64,000 nucleotides of DNA. It comes from Patescibacteria group bacterium (GTDB lineage Bacteria > Patescibacteriota > JABMPQ01 > JAQVVF01). The position numbers and the translations under genes were made by a program. The notes beneath the pieces were generated by a model. That model saw only the letters and a list, made by a program, of their open reading frames with translations. It was not told the DNA's origin and ran no database searches. How positions within the stretch are numbered: the stretch's first letter is position 1; the number at the start of each line of letters is the position of its first letter. The DNA is taken from positions 321,511 through 385,510 of the forward strand of contig JBAZSC010000001.1 in the NCBI GenBank assembly GCA_041662665.1, written 5' to 3'. Of the stretch, positions 39,731 through 48,574 are shown piece after piece.

Positions 39731-40708
39731 TTATGCTTTGAGTGCAACCTTCGCTAGTGCAATCGCTCCTTCTCTTGATTTCGCTACTACAATATGCCCA
39801 TCTTTATGGCAGTTATCAGCATCAGCAACTCCAGTCAATTTGACCAAAGTTGAGCCGCGCTGTCCATGCCATGCTTTTGGCAAGTTTTTACGATAGCGTT
39901 TGCCAGTCCCATATCCAGCATTCACAACATGTACCATCCAGCCATTGTTAACGCGATGAACAACAAATTTGATCAGCGGTAATTCTTTAACAACTGATGA
40001 CCAAGGCATCGGATCATTCAATACAACAATTCTTGGATCATCAGATTCAGGTACCGCTTTCAACACCAGCTCTTCAGCTCTGATGACGCCTGCAGCTCTT
40101 GCAATTGTCCTTTTTAGATAGACCTTGGCAAATTCCAAAGCTTCAAAAAAAGCAACATCTGGATCTCGATCATTTTCATCCCAAGCTGGATTATAATTAT
40201 CAATCACATTTGAAATAGTGTGTGCAGAGATATCTTCCACTTTTCCTTGAAAAATCTTGTAGCCATTGTCCTGTGCATCAATTGGAATCACCAGCCACTT
40301 TTCTACAAGCTTAGCTACTTTTTCATTTCCATCACAAATTGCTACTCCAAACTTTTTCCAGACCAATCCAAAAGAAGCATAGGGCAGATGTGCGGTCACT
40401 TTCTTGCCAAACAATTTCCACATCAGCAAGTTGATAATATGCTTGAAAATCCAAGCAAACCGCAAGACTTTGAAAAAGCCTTCACGTATTCCAGCTCCGC
40501 CAAACATGTGATGATCAAAGTCGCCAGTATTTGGATCATTTTCGCCGCCGACATCAACTCGAAAATCAGCCTTTTCGTAAACTTCCTGATCGCGAGTCCG
40601 AAAAATTTGAATGATAAAGAGCAATGCCAATGCTGCACACGCAAACACATCATCAGCATGAAACCTTCCATTATGCGTTGCAACAACCTTATGTTCCTTC
40701 TCAATCAT
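39731..40708 (-). CDS. MYG1/UPF0160-family metal-dependent hydrolase
   Basis: N-terminal ATHNGRFHADDVFACAALAL and C-terminal GWMVHVVNAGYGTGKRYR...HKDGHIVVAKSREGAIALA match MYG1 blocks. RBS GAGGAGGAAGAGG. Confidence 0.65.
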   Translation of the reverse strand: MIEKEHKVVATHNGRFHADDVFACAALALLFIIQIFRTRDQEVYEKADFRVDVGGENDPNTGDFDHHMFGGAGIREGFFKVLRFAWIFKHIINLLMWKLFGKKVTAHLPYASFGLVWKKFGVAICDGNEKVAKLVEKWLVIPIDAQDNGYKIFQGKVEDISAHTISNVIDNYNPAWDENDRDPDVAFFEALEFAKVYLKRTIARAAGVIRAEELVLKAVPESDDPRIVVLNDPMPWSSVVKELPLIKFVVHRVNNGWMVHVVNAGYGTGKRYRKNLPKAWHGQRGSTLVKLTGVADADNCHKDGHIVVAKSREGAIALAKVALKA

Positions 40709-40742
40709 TTCCTCTTCCTCCTCTTCGTTTTCGCAGCTAATT

Positions 40743-40771
40743 AAAATATCAGAAAATAACTAAAATGTCAA
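40743..40771 (-). promoter_or_regulatory. sigma70-like promoter TTGACA-17-TATTTT (minus strand)
   Basis: TGTCAA ... AAAATA on the + strand with a 17-bp spacer, ~35 nt upstream of the MYG1 ATG. Confidence 0.5.
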
Positions 40772-40787
40772 CTGAATGTAAAATATA

Positions 40788-40826
40788 TTTGTGTTATTTG
40801 TGGCCTTAAGGCATTTGTGCATATTC
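40788..40826. promoter_or_regulatory. copy 4 of the GGCCTTAAGGCATT motif
   Basis: TTTGTGTTATTTGTGGCCTTAAGGCATTTGTGCATATT, ~20 bp upstream of the -35 of the MYG1 promoter. Confidence 0.6.
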
Positions 40827-40847
40827 GAGAGTATAAAAAATCAGCCG

Positions 40848-42353
40848 TTATTTCGACTGATCAACTCGGTTAAAGGACATTCCAAATGCGACTCTGTAGG
40901 CCGCGTACGCAGGTTCAAGGTACTCTCTTTCATCTGAACAAATATGTTGTTCACAACAAGTCAAGAAATAGTCAGCCTGTTTTTTGTCATGTCTCTTCGG
41001 CATTGTGAAAAAGTAGACAAAAGGCAGATACATTTCTGGCCTGCGTTTGTCATCATCAACCAGCATTTCCAAAGCTTGCAAAGTCCTCAGCATTTCAGAT
41101 AGCTTTGATCTGCCAATTCTTGATTTCTCAAGATAGATGAACAGAAGATTAACAGAAATTGCAGCAATGATTTCAGTATCATCAAAGGCCTTGATTGCTT
41201 CTTTGCATGTTGTTGCAAGAACATCAAGCCTTGTTGCTTTCATTTCTGGATCCGGAAGATGAGCGATTGTATGCCGATGTTCTTTCAGATGTCCAAGAAA
41301 TGCGCGTGTTGCCTGAATTGACTTTTCATCATCAACTCCAGCTTCGCGGCATTTTACCAAGTACTCGATTGCTTTCGCAAAAGTGCTTGGCTTTCTGGCA
41401 TAGAAAAAGACAAAAGCTGCATAGATTCTTGGTGGAACTCTGACACTCAAACCTTCAGCTTTTGCAAGCAGTTCATGCATTTCTTTTGATTTATCATCTC
41501 TGAATTTCTTTGACCATTCCAGATAGACATACAACAATCCTTCTATGGCTTGAATCAAGAAAGTAGGCGAATCTTGTAGATAGCTGATCGCTTCCAAAAA
41601 GAGCATCTCAGCTTCAGCAAGCTTTAGTCTTTGTTCATCAAGATCTTCAATCTCTTTGACAGCTTTGCGTTGATGTTCAGCATAAGCAGAACAAGCAGTT
41701 CCAACAAAGCTCAAGGCCAGAGATCTATTTTCTTTGAACTGAACAAAGAAAATCAATGCATCAGCAAACTTGTCCTTGGCGATCATCACTTCAATGTAAT
41801 CTTTCACCAGATAACCAACTTGTTTATTTTCACCATAATACTTCAGTAAGTGGGCAAGTTGAACTTGCGCTTTTTCAAAATCATCTTGAGCAAGATAGAT
41901 TCTTGCCATCATGCAATTTGCCTGACAAGAGAAGGGATTGATTCTCAAGGCGTCTTCAGCGTATTGCCTTGCATCATCAAATCTCTTTTGCTCGAGGCAA
42001 GTCTTAGCCTGAATCAGATAGAAATCAGTATCTTCATCAGAATCGCTAAACAATGCAGTGAGTTCGCTGATTTTTGCATTTTCGCGATCAGGAAAGAATC
42101 TCATCAAATAGCTTAGCTTTGCCATCGCCTGATCTTTTTGACCAGATTTATGCAAAGCATGAATCTGAAGATTCATTGCCAAACCATTGCAAGGATCTTC
42201 TCCAAGAGCTTTTTCGCAATGAACTAATACACCAGCAAAATCATTCTGTCCTAAACAAGTCGCCGCTTTTGCACAAGAATCAGGTTCAAGTGTTGATGAA
42301 TCACCAAGCAATTCAAGTAAATCACCAAGATTAAGATCTTCTGGCTCAGCCAT
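40848..42353 (-). CDS. TPR-like helical repeat protein
   Basis: 501 aa of helical TPR-like repeats; RBS ACGAGGAGGAAGAGA before the ATG. Confidence 0.6.
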   Translation of the reverse strand: MAEPEDLNLGDLLELLGDSSTLEPDSCAKAATCLGQNDFAGVLVHCEKALGEDPCNGLAMNLQIHALHKSGQKDQAMAKLSYLMRFFPDRENAKISELTALFSDSDEDTDFYLIQAKTCLEQKRFDDARQYAEDALRINPFSCQANCMMARIYLAQDDFEKAQVQLAHLLKYYGENKQVGYLVKDYIEVMIAKDKFADALIFFVQFKENRSLALSFVGTACSAYAEHQRKAVKEIEDLDEQRLKLAEAEMLFLEAISYLQDSPTFLIQAIEGLLYVYLEWSKKFRDDKSKEMHELLAKAEGLSVRVPPRIYAAFVFFYARKPSTFAKAIEYLVKCREAGVDDEKSIQATRAFLGHLKEHRHTIAHLPDPEMKATRLDVLATTCKEAIKAFDDTEIIAAISVNLLFIYLEKSRIGRSKLSEMLRTLQALEMLVDDDKRRPEMYLPFVYFFTMPKRHDKKQADYFLTCCEQHICSDEREYLEPAYAAYRVAFGMSFNRVDQSK

Positions 42354-42425
42354 TCTCTTCCTCCTCGTTTTTGCCTTTGACTTTCTGCTTTCTTTCTGTT
42401 ATTCTGAATCTGGAAGTTATCAATT

Positions 42426-42494
42426 TTATCCGCGTGCAATCCGATAAATCCGCGTTATTCGAAAAGCTGATTTTAACGGATTACATGCGGATAA
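42426..42494. promoter_or_regulatory. pair of inverted 18-bp repeats TTATCCGC(G/A)TG(C/T)AATCCG (operator-like)
   Basis: Copies at 42426-42443 and, reverse-complemented, 42477-42494. They lie between the divergent TPR gene and tsf. Confidence 0.4.
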
Positions 42495-42583
42495 AACTGA
42501 AAAATTAGTTATTTTGTTAAGAGCAAGAAAAAAAGAGCACTAAACATTATATAATATAATTATTAATTTGTCAATTTAAACGT

Positions 42584-43174
42584 ATGACACAAATAAAAAT
42601 GGAAGACGTCAAAAAATTACGCGAAATGTGTGGAGCTGGTTTTATGGACTGCAAAAAAGCTCTAGATGAAGCAAACGGAAATTATAATGAAGCAGTAAAA
42701 TTATTAAAGAAAAGAGGACAAGAGATCATGGCCAAAAAAGCTGGACGTGAAGCAACAGAAGGAATTATTGATTGCTATGTTCATGCTAATAAAAAAATTG
42801 GTTCAATGGTTGAAATCTTATGCGAAACAGATTTTGTCGCTAGAAATTCTGATTTTCAAGCTATGGCTCATGATATTGCAATTCAAGTTGCAGCTTCTAA
42901 TCCAATTTGTGTTTCACCAAATGATGTTCCAGCAGAAAAGTTAGCTGAATTAAAAAAAGAATGGCAAGAAGAAATCAACAAAATGGGCAAGCCAAAAGAA
43001 ATTGCAGATAAAATTATGGAAGGCAAAATTAAAAAATATTGTGAAGAAAACGCTTTAACAACTCAAGCCTTAGTTAAAGATCCAGAAAAAACTGTTCAAG
43101 AATTGTTGACTGAAACAACTGCAAAGTTGGGAGAAAAACTCGTGATAAAACGATTTGAACGTTTTGAAATATAA
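42584..43174 (+). CDS. tsf: elongation factor Ts
   Basis: MTQIKMEDVKKLREMCGAGFMDCKKALDEANGNYNEAVKLLKKRG, a canonical EF-Ts N-terminus. Confidence 0.9.
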   Translation: MTQIKMEDVKKLREMCGAGFMDCKKALDEANGNYNEAVKLLKKRGQEIMAKKAGREATEGIIDCYVHANKKIGSMVEILCETDFVARNSDFQAMAHDIAIQVAASNPICVSPNDVPAEKLAELKKEWQEEINKMGKPKEIADKIMEGKIKKYCEENALTTQALVKDPEKTVQELLTETTAKLGEKLVIKRFERFEI

Positions 43175-43304
43175 ATTTAAAAATTAATAGTGTCATTCTG
43201 AGGCCTAAGCCGAAGAATCCCGTGATTGTTATCTGATTTACGGGATCCTTCACTGCGGTTCAGGATGACAGTATATTTTTCGTTATTACTTTTAAAACAA
43301 AATT

Positions 43305-44003
43305 ATGTACAACAGAATAATGCTCAAATTATCTGGTGAATTAATGATGGGCAACAAGGATTTTGGTATTGATCAAAAAACAGTTAGTAAATATGCTTCT
43401 CAAATTGTTGAATTAGTAAAAATGGGCAAACAAGTGATTGTTGAAATTGGAGCTGGAAATATTTATCGAGGTAGAGAAGAAAAAGAAATGAAAAGAACAA
43501 TTGCTGATAATTTAGGAATGTTAGGTAGTGTCATGAATGCAATAAATTTGCGAGAAGCTATTGATAAATTTGGCCATCAAGAAGCAAGAGCTTTGTCACA
43601 AATTTACATGCCATTTATTATTCAATATTACACTCCAGGAAAAGCAATTCATTATATGGATGAAAAAAAGATTGTTATTATGGGCGGAGGAACAGGAAAT
43701 CAATTTTTTTCAACTGACACTGGAGCAGTACTTCATGGATTGCAAACAGGATGCGATGTTGTTTTAAAAGCAACAAATGTTGATGGTGTTTATAATTCTG
43801 ATCCAAATGAAAATAAAGATGCAAAAAAATACGATACTCTTTCTTATGATGAAGTTTTGTCTAAAAAATTAGCAGTCATGGATCAAACAGCTTTTGCACT
43901 CGCTCGTGATAATGGATTGACAATCGTTGTTTTTAATGTTACAAAAGAAGGTAACTTGAAGAAAGCAGCAATGGGTGAGAAAATAGGAACGATTGTGAAG
44001 TAA
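43305..44003 (+). CDS. pyrH: UMP kinase
   Basis: MLKLSGE...VVFNV amino-acid-kinase-fold blocks. Confidence 0.9.
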   Translation: MYNRIMLKLSGELMMGNKDFGIDQKTVSKYASQIVELVKMGKQVIVEIGAGNIYRGREEKEMKRTIADNLGMLGSVMNAINLREAIDKFGHQEARALSQIYMPFIIQYYTPGKAIHYMDEKKIVIMGGGTGNQFFSTDTGAVLHGLQTGCDVVLKATNVDGVYNSDPNENKDAKKYDTLSYDEVLSKKLAVMDQTAFALARDNGLTIVVFNVTKEGNLKKAAMGEKIGTIVK

Positions 44004-44112
44004 ATTAATATAATACGAATCTACAAATGGATGCTAATCTACGAAAATACGAATACGACAATTCGCATATTTGTAGATTAGCATAAAATTCGTAGATTCG
44101 TATTACATATAT

Positions 44113-44904
44113 ATGAAAATAATTGCAGGTATCAAATTTAATGTTTTAGACAAGATCTATAATTTTGACCAAAATAATATTATACTAAATAAGGGTGATA
44201 AGGTCATTGTTGAGACAGAACAAGGTACAGAAATTGGCACCGTTGTTTTTGCTAACAAAAATGTTGATGAAACAAAGCTTGAATTTGCTTTAAAGCCAAT
44301 TTTAAGAAAAGCAACAACAACTGATACTGAAAAGCTTGATAATTATAAGATTAAGCAGGAAGAAGCTTTAAAAGTATGCAAAGAATTAGTTGGCAAACAC
44401 AATTTAGATATGAAAATAGTTGCTGCTAATTATACTTTTGATGGTTCAAAAATAATTTTTTATTTTACTGCTGAAAGCAGAGTTGACTTCAGAGAATTAG
44501 TAAAAGACTTAACAAAAAAATTTCAAAAATCAATTCGCTTGCAACAAGTAGGATCCAGAGATGTTGCTGCAAAATGCGGCGGATGCGGAATGTGCGGTAA
44601 GGAATTATGTTGCACAAAATTCTTAAAAGATTTTGCTAGCATCACAACAGATATGGCACGAGAACAACAAATGGTTCAGCGAGGATCAGATAGAATTTCA
44701 GGTTGTTGCGGAAGATTATTATGTTGTTTAGCATACGAAACAGAATTATATCAAGATTTAGCTAAAGATTTTCCAACAGTTGGCAAAAGAGTTAGAACAA
44801 AACAAGGAGTTGGAACAGTTATTGGCAGAAATCTATTAACCAGAAATTTGGATATATTGCTTGATGATAAGACAAGAATATCAGTTAAGCTCCCGGAGAG
44901 ATAA
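44113..44904 (+). CDS. PSP1-domain protein (YaaT/RicT-like) with Cys cluster
   Basis: N-terminal PSP1-like region and CGGCGMCGKELCC...CCGRLLCC. Confidence 0.55.
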   Translation: MKIIAGIKFNVLDKIYNFDQNNIILNKGDKVIVETEQGTEIGTVVFANKNVDETKLEFALKPILRKATTTDTEKLDNYKIKQEEALKVCKELVGKHNLDMKIVAANYTFDGSKIIFYFTAESRVDFRELVKDLTKKFQKSIRLQQVGSRDVAAKCGGCGMCGKELCCTKFLKDFASITTDMAREQQMVQRGSDRISGCCGRLLCCLAYETELYQDLAKDFPTVGKRVRTKQGVGTVIGRNLLTRNLDILLDDKTRISVKLPER

Positions 44905-45042
44905 TTTCTAATTATAAATTTCTAATTTCTATTAAATTCTTAATGAATTAATTTTCAAACCTAACGGCTAGTATAGACATTAGAAATTAATGCATTATTA
45001 ATTTAATAAAAATTAGAAATTAGAAATTGAAAATTAATAACG

Positions 45043-45678
45043 ATGTTTACATTGCAAACTTTAATTCCCGAAATAATTATTATTCTAGCCCTCGCTGGAA
45101 TTATTATGATTGCTGCAAAAAAATTTCCAGAAGTAGCGAAAATTAAAGTTGAGAATAAAAATAAAGAAAAATCATTATTTCAAAAAGCGGGCAAGTCAAT
45201 AATTGATTTTTCAGTAAGTGTAGCAAAAGCAGTTTTTGCTAGAATCGCTAATCTAAAAAATCTTAAAGATAAAATTAAAAAAGAAGAAAAAAAGGATGTT
45301 GATAATATCAGTAGACCAAGGCAAGAATTAAGAAAATTAATTCTCAATCGTCCAAAATCAAAACCGAAAGTTTTGCCAATTGCAAAAACGGAAACAAAAT
45401 CTCCAATCAGTTTGCGTGCAAAAGCTGAGCTTTTGACTGGAAAAAAAGAATACAAAGAAGCAGAAAAAGTTTATTTAGAATTAATTAAAAAAGATCCAAG
45501 AGATATAGTTGCATATAAAGGTTTAGGAAAAATATATTTTATTCAACAGATTTTAAGCGATGCGCAATCAGCTTATGAGCAAGCCGTAAAATTAAATCCA
45601 GATGATTTGGAATCTCAGACTGAAATTTACAAAATCAGAAATTTAAAAAAGGATTTGTCAATTAGAGGAAGGAAATAA
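45043..45678 (+). CDS. membrane-anchored TPR-repeat protein
   Basis: N-terminal TM helix; C-terminal TPR (AYKGLGKIYF...AQSAYEQAVKLNP). Confidence 0.6.
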   Translation: MFTLQTLIPEIIIILALAGIIMIAAKKFPEVAKIKVENKNKEKSLFQKAGKSIIDFSVSVAKAVFARIANLKNLKDKIKKEEKKDVDNISRPRQELRKLILNRPKSKPKVLPIAKTETKSPISLRAKAELLTGKKEYKEAEKVYLELIKKDPRDIVAYKGLGKIYFIQQILSDAQSAYEQAVKLNPDDLESQTEIYKIRNLKKDLSIRGRK

Positions 45679-45788
45679 AATTTCATTCTGTCATCGCTGG
45701 TTAAATTTGTTGGTGTCAACAAATTTAACCAGCGAAGGATCCCATGATTTATTGCTGATTAATGGAATAATTGCGTAAACTTTTAACG

Positions 45789-45971
45789 GGCCGTTGTAGC
45801 TCAGTCGGCAGACCTGCCCGCCATCGCCCGAGCCATTGTAGCTCAGTTGGTAGAGCAATTCCATGGTAAGGAGTAGGTCACCGGTTCAATTCCGGTCAAT
45901 GGCTCAGGCGAGGGCAGGCGGGGTAATTCCATGGTAAGGAGTAGGTCGGCGGTTCGATTCCGCCCAACGGC
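45789..45971 (+). tRNA. tRNA-Thr(GGT) interrupted in the D-arm by a ~109-nt insertion that carries a second complete tRNA-Thr(GGT)
   Basis: Outer acceptor GCCGTTG/CAACGGC; anticodon arm ATTCC-ATGGTAA-GGAGT; T-arm GGCGG-TTCGATT-CCGCC. The D-arm is broken after GGCAGA by CCTGCCCGCC...GGCGAGGGCAGGCGGG. Confidence 0.5.
45831..45903 (+). tRNA. tRNA-Thr(GGT), complete cloverleaf nested inside the outer tRNA
   Basis: Acceptor GCCATTG/CAATGGC, D-arm TAGCTCAGTTGGTAGAGC, anticodon loop ATGGTAA, T-arm ACCGG-TTCAATT-CCGGT. Confidence 0.7.
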
Positions 45972-46056
45972 TTTGCCCACCGAAGTTTTGCAAAGCAAAA
46001 CGAAGGAGGGCTTTGTCTTGATATTTTTTTAAAAAAAGATTAAAATATTAACAATT

Positions 46057-46139
46057 GGGTAGGTACCAAAGCGGTCAAATGGATCAGGCTGTAAACCTGA
46101 TGCCCTCGGGCTTCGCAGGTTCGAACCCTGCCCTACCCA
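46057..46139 (+). tRNA. tRNA-Tyr(GTA)
   Basis: Acceptor GGGTAGG/CCTACCC, anticodon loop CTGTAAA, long variable arm. Confidence 0.8.
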
Positions 46140-46155
46140 AACGTGAATTTAAATC

Positions 46156-46226
46156 GCCCTCTTAGTTCAGTGGCAGAACAGCAGTTTTGTAAACTGCATA
46201 TGTCAGTTCGATTCTGACAGAGGGCT
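46156..46226 (+). tRNA. tRNA-Thr(TGT)
   Basis: Acceptor GCCCTCT/AGAGGGC, anticodon loop TTTGTAA, T-arm GTCAG-TTCGATT-CTGAC. Confidence 0.75.
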
Positions 46227-46336
46227 TTCGAAAATTACAAATGTCAAATTCCAAATTCCAAACAAATTACAAATCACAATATACAAAATCTTTGTAATTT
46301 GTTTGGAATTTGTTATTTGTAATTTTATTTAATCTC

Positions 46337-47089
46337 ATGTCTCTTTTATCACAGGAGCTAATTAAATTAGGTCTATCTGACAAAGAAGCAAAAGTATATT
46401 TGGCTTCATTGGAATTAGGATATGACACAGTTTTAAATATTGCAAAAAAAGCAGGGATCAATCGACCAACTGCTTATTTTATTTTAGAGTCATTACAAAA
46501 AAAGGGGATTGTTACAACTTTTGAAAAAGATAAAAAAACTTATTTTGCATCCGAATCTCCTGACAAGTTAGTTACATTATTAAATCAGCAAAAAGAAGAT
46601 CTTAATCAAAAGCAAAAAGAATTTGAAAATATTTTGCCAGAATTTAAAGCTTTATTTAATTTGCCAACAGAAAAACCAACTGTCAGATTCTTTGAAGGCA
46701 GGCAAGGATTGTTATCAATGCGCGAGGATTTTTTGAAAACTACAGACAAAAAAATTGAGGCAATGTATTGTCTAGATGATCTTAACAAAGTTTTTACTCC
46801 TGAAGAAAATGCAAAGTTTACAGACAGAAGAGCTGAAAAAAATATTGAAACTTTCGCTATATATACTTCAATCAATGGTCCAACAAAAAGACCAAAGGCT
46901 CCAGGTGAAAGACGTTTTATTCCTTTCGATAAATTTCCTGTGACTGCTGATATTACAATATATAATAATAAAGTTGCCATTGCATCTTTGAAAGGAAAGC
47001 TATCAGGAGTAATTATTGAAAATAAAGAAATTGCTAATACAGTACGTTCACTATTTTATTTAGGTTGGGAATCAGCCAAAAAAGTATAA
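46337..47089 (+). CDS. TrmB-family HTH transcriptional regulator
   Basis: MSLLSQELIKLGLSDKEAKVYLASLELGYDTVLNIAKKAGINRPTAYFILESLQKKGIV winged-helix N-terminus. Confidence 0.7.
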   Translation: MSLLSQELIKLGLSDKEAKVYLASLELGYDTVLNIAKKAGINRPTAYFILESLQKKGIVTTFEKDKKTYFASESPDKLVTLLNQQKEDLNQKQKEFENILPEFKALFNLPTEKPTVRFFEGRQGLLSMREDFLKTTDKKIEAMYCLDDLNKVFTPEENAKFTDRRAEKNIETFAIYTSINGPTKRPKAPGERRFIPFDKFPVTADITIYNNKVAIASLKGKLSGVIIENKEIANTVRSLFYLGWESAKKV

Positions 47090-47098
47090 GAACATGCT

Positions 47099-47963
47099 AG
47101 AAACTCGGTTTTCTATTAATCAAAAAAATAAACTTATTGTAAGTAAAAACAAGGTATAAAAAATAATCATTTAATTAAGATAAAACCGAGTTTCGCGTGA
47201 ATTCAAAAATAGAAATGCGCAAAACAAATTTTACAAATGAATCATTTTATCATATCTACAATCGCGGTACTGAAAAACGCGATATTTTTTTGCAAAATTA
47301 TGATTATTTTCAATTTATTAAATTATTAAGAAAATATAAAAATAATTTAGTTGAAATAATCTGCTATTGCTTAATGCCGAATCATTTTCATTTATTGCTA
47401 AAACAATTAAATAATAATGGAATCAGCAAGTTCATGCATTTATTAACAATAAGTTATGCAAAATATTTTAACAAAAAATATGATCATAGCGGAGTTTTAT
47501 TTCAGGGAAAATTTAAAGATGTCCAGATTTTGAGCTATATTCAATTGCTAAATATTTCAAAATACATCCATATAAATCCAGCTAAAGATCAGAATATTTT
47601 ATTAAAACAAAAAATAATTACATTAGAAAATTATCCTTGGTCTTCTTATAAAGATTATATAAATATCAGAAACGGAACATTATGTAATAAAACCGAAATA
47701 ATAAATTGTGTAGAAGGTAATTTTGTAAAAGAGTATAAAGAATTAATAAAGGCACATTTGATGAATTATAATGAGAGAAATTTGGATAAATTAATACTTG
47801 AATGAGTGAAATAGAAACTCGGTTTTCTATTAATCAAAAAAATAAACTTAATGTAAGTAAGAACAAGGTATGAAAAATAATCATTTAATTAAGATAAAAC
47901 CGAGTTTCATCATGTTGTAAATAATTGACACACGAAACTCGGTTTCTTCGGAAACCGAGTTTC
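47099..47963 (+). mobile_element. IS200/RAYT-like element: Y1 transposase gene flanked by 97-bp direct repeats plus a terminal REP-like hairpin
   Basis: Copies at 47099-47194 and 47813-47908 share 94 of 97 bases. Each carries GAAACTCGGTTTT ... AAAACCGAGTTTC. An extra perfect hairpin GAAACTCGGTTTC-ttcg-GAAACCGAGTTTC lies at 47934-47963. Confidence 0.65.
47197..47805 (+). CDS. tnpA: IS200-like / REP-associated tyrosine (Y1, HUH) transposase
   Basis: FYHIYNRGTEKRDIF, HUH motif CLMPNHFHLLL, and catalytic-Tyr region YIHINP. The start is GTG at 47197 or ATG at 47215. Confidence 0.8.
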   Translation: MNSKIEMRKTNFTNESFYHIYNRGTEKRDIFLQNYDYFQFIKLLRKYKNNLVEIICYCLMPNHFHLLLKQLNNNGISKFMHLLTISYAKYFNKKYDHSGVLFQGKFKDVQILSYIQLLNISKYIHINPAKDQNILLKQKIITLENYPWSSYKDYINIRNGTLCNKTEIINCVEGNFVKEYKELIKAHLMNYNERNLDKLILE

Positions 47964-48481
47964 AAAGAATGTGTTAATTTTCGCGCAAAATAAAACCGGG
48001 CAAAAGCTCGGTTAAGGGAACAAAGGGCAAAAAATCGATTCATCCAATTGGCGTTCATTTTATTGTCTTCTCCGTCAGGAGTTGGGGGAGTCGCTTGGCA
48101 CTTATAACTGTTAACTTTCAACTGTTAACTAGTTTTCAGTCGCCCATGACGTCCTCCTCTACCAATGGGGTAGAGGTTAGCATCGCCATAGTTTCAGGCG
48201 CGCCTTCCTCGACCCAGGGAACCAAAGATCAAGATGATTTATAACAATGTATTATAGCAAGCCTGTAGTATTTGTCAATAGATTTGGACAATTTAGTGTA
48301 ATTAGTAATGAGTAACTAGTAATTAGGCGAAAAAACTTGCAAAATTATTAATACCTGATATTATCAAAATTGTCAGTAATAATAGACAAAATAAGCTAAA
48401 ATAGCTTGTTTTTATTTTGCCTTGTTTAAAGCAAAATATGTCAAAATATCGAAAAAGATAATAAATATTTGTAAAAACCTC

Positions 48482-48510
48482 TTGACATGATAAAAATAGA
48501 GTAATATAAT
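48482..48510 (+). promoter_or_regulatory. perfect consensus sigma70 promoter TTGACA-17-TATAAT
   Basis: Exact hexamers with a 17-bp spacer. Downstream lies a non-coding stretch with 32-bp tandem repeats rather than a long ORF. Confidence 0.6.
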
Positions 48511-48574
48511 GCAGAGTTCTAAGCTCAAACCAAGCTCATTCCAAAATGTCAATCAGAGCAAACTAGTTTAACAG

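Noticed and set aside
45980-46056. Possible additional tRNA (Gly) between tRNA-Thr(GGT) and tRNA-Tyr, as in the thrU-tyrU-glyT-thrT cluster
   Set aside because: The spacer contains only a simple hairpin (TTTTGCAAAGCAAAA) and no acceptor, D or T-arm structure.
47885-48121. 78-aa minus-strand ORF overlapping the right end of the IS200-like element
   Set aside because: It runs through the terminal hairpin repeats and has no RBS or domain. It is likely an artefact.
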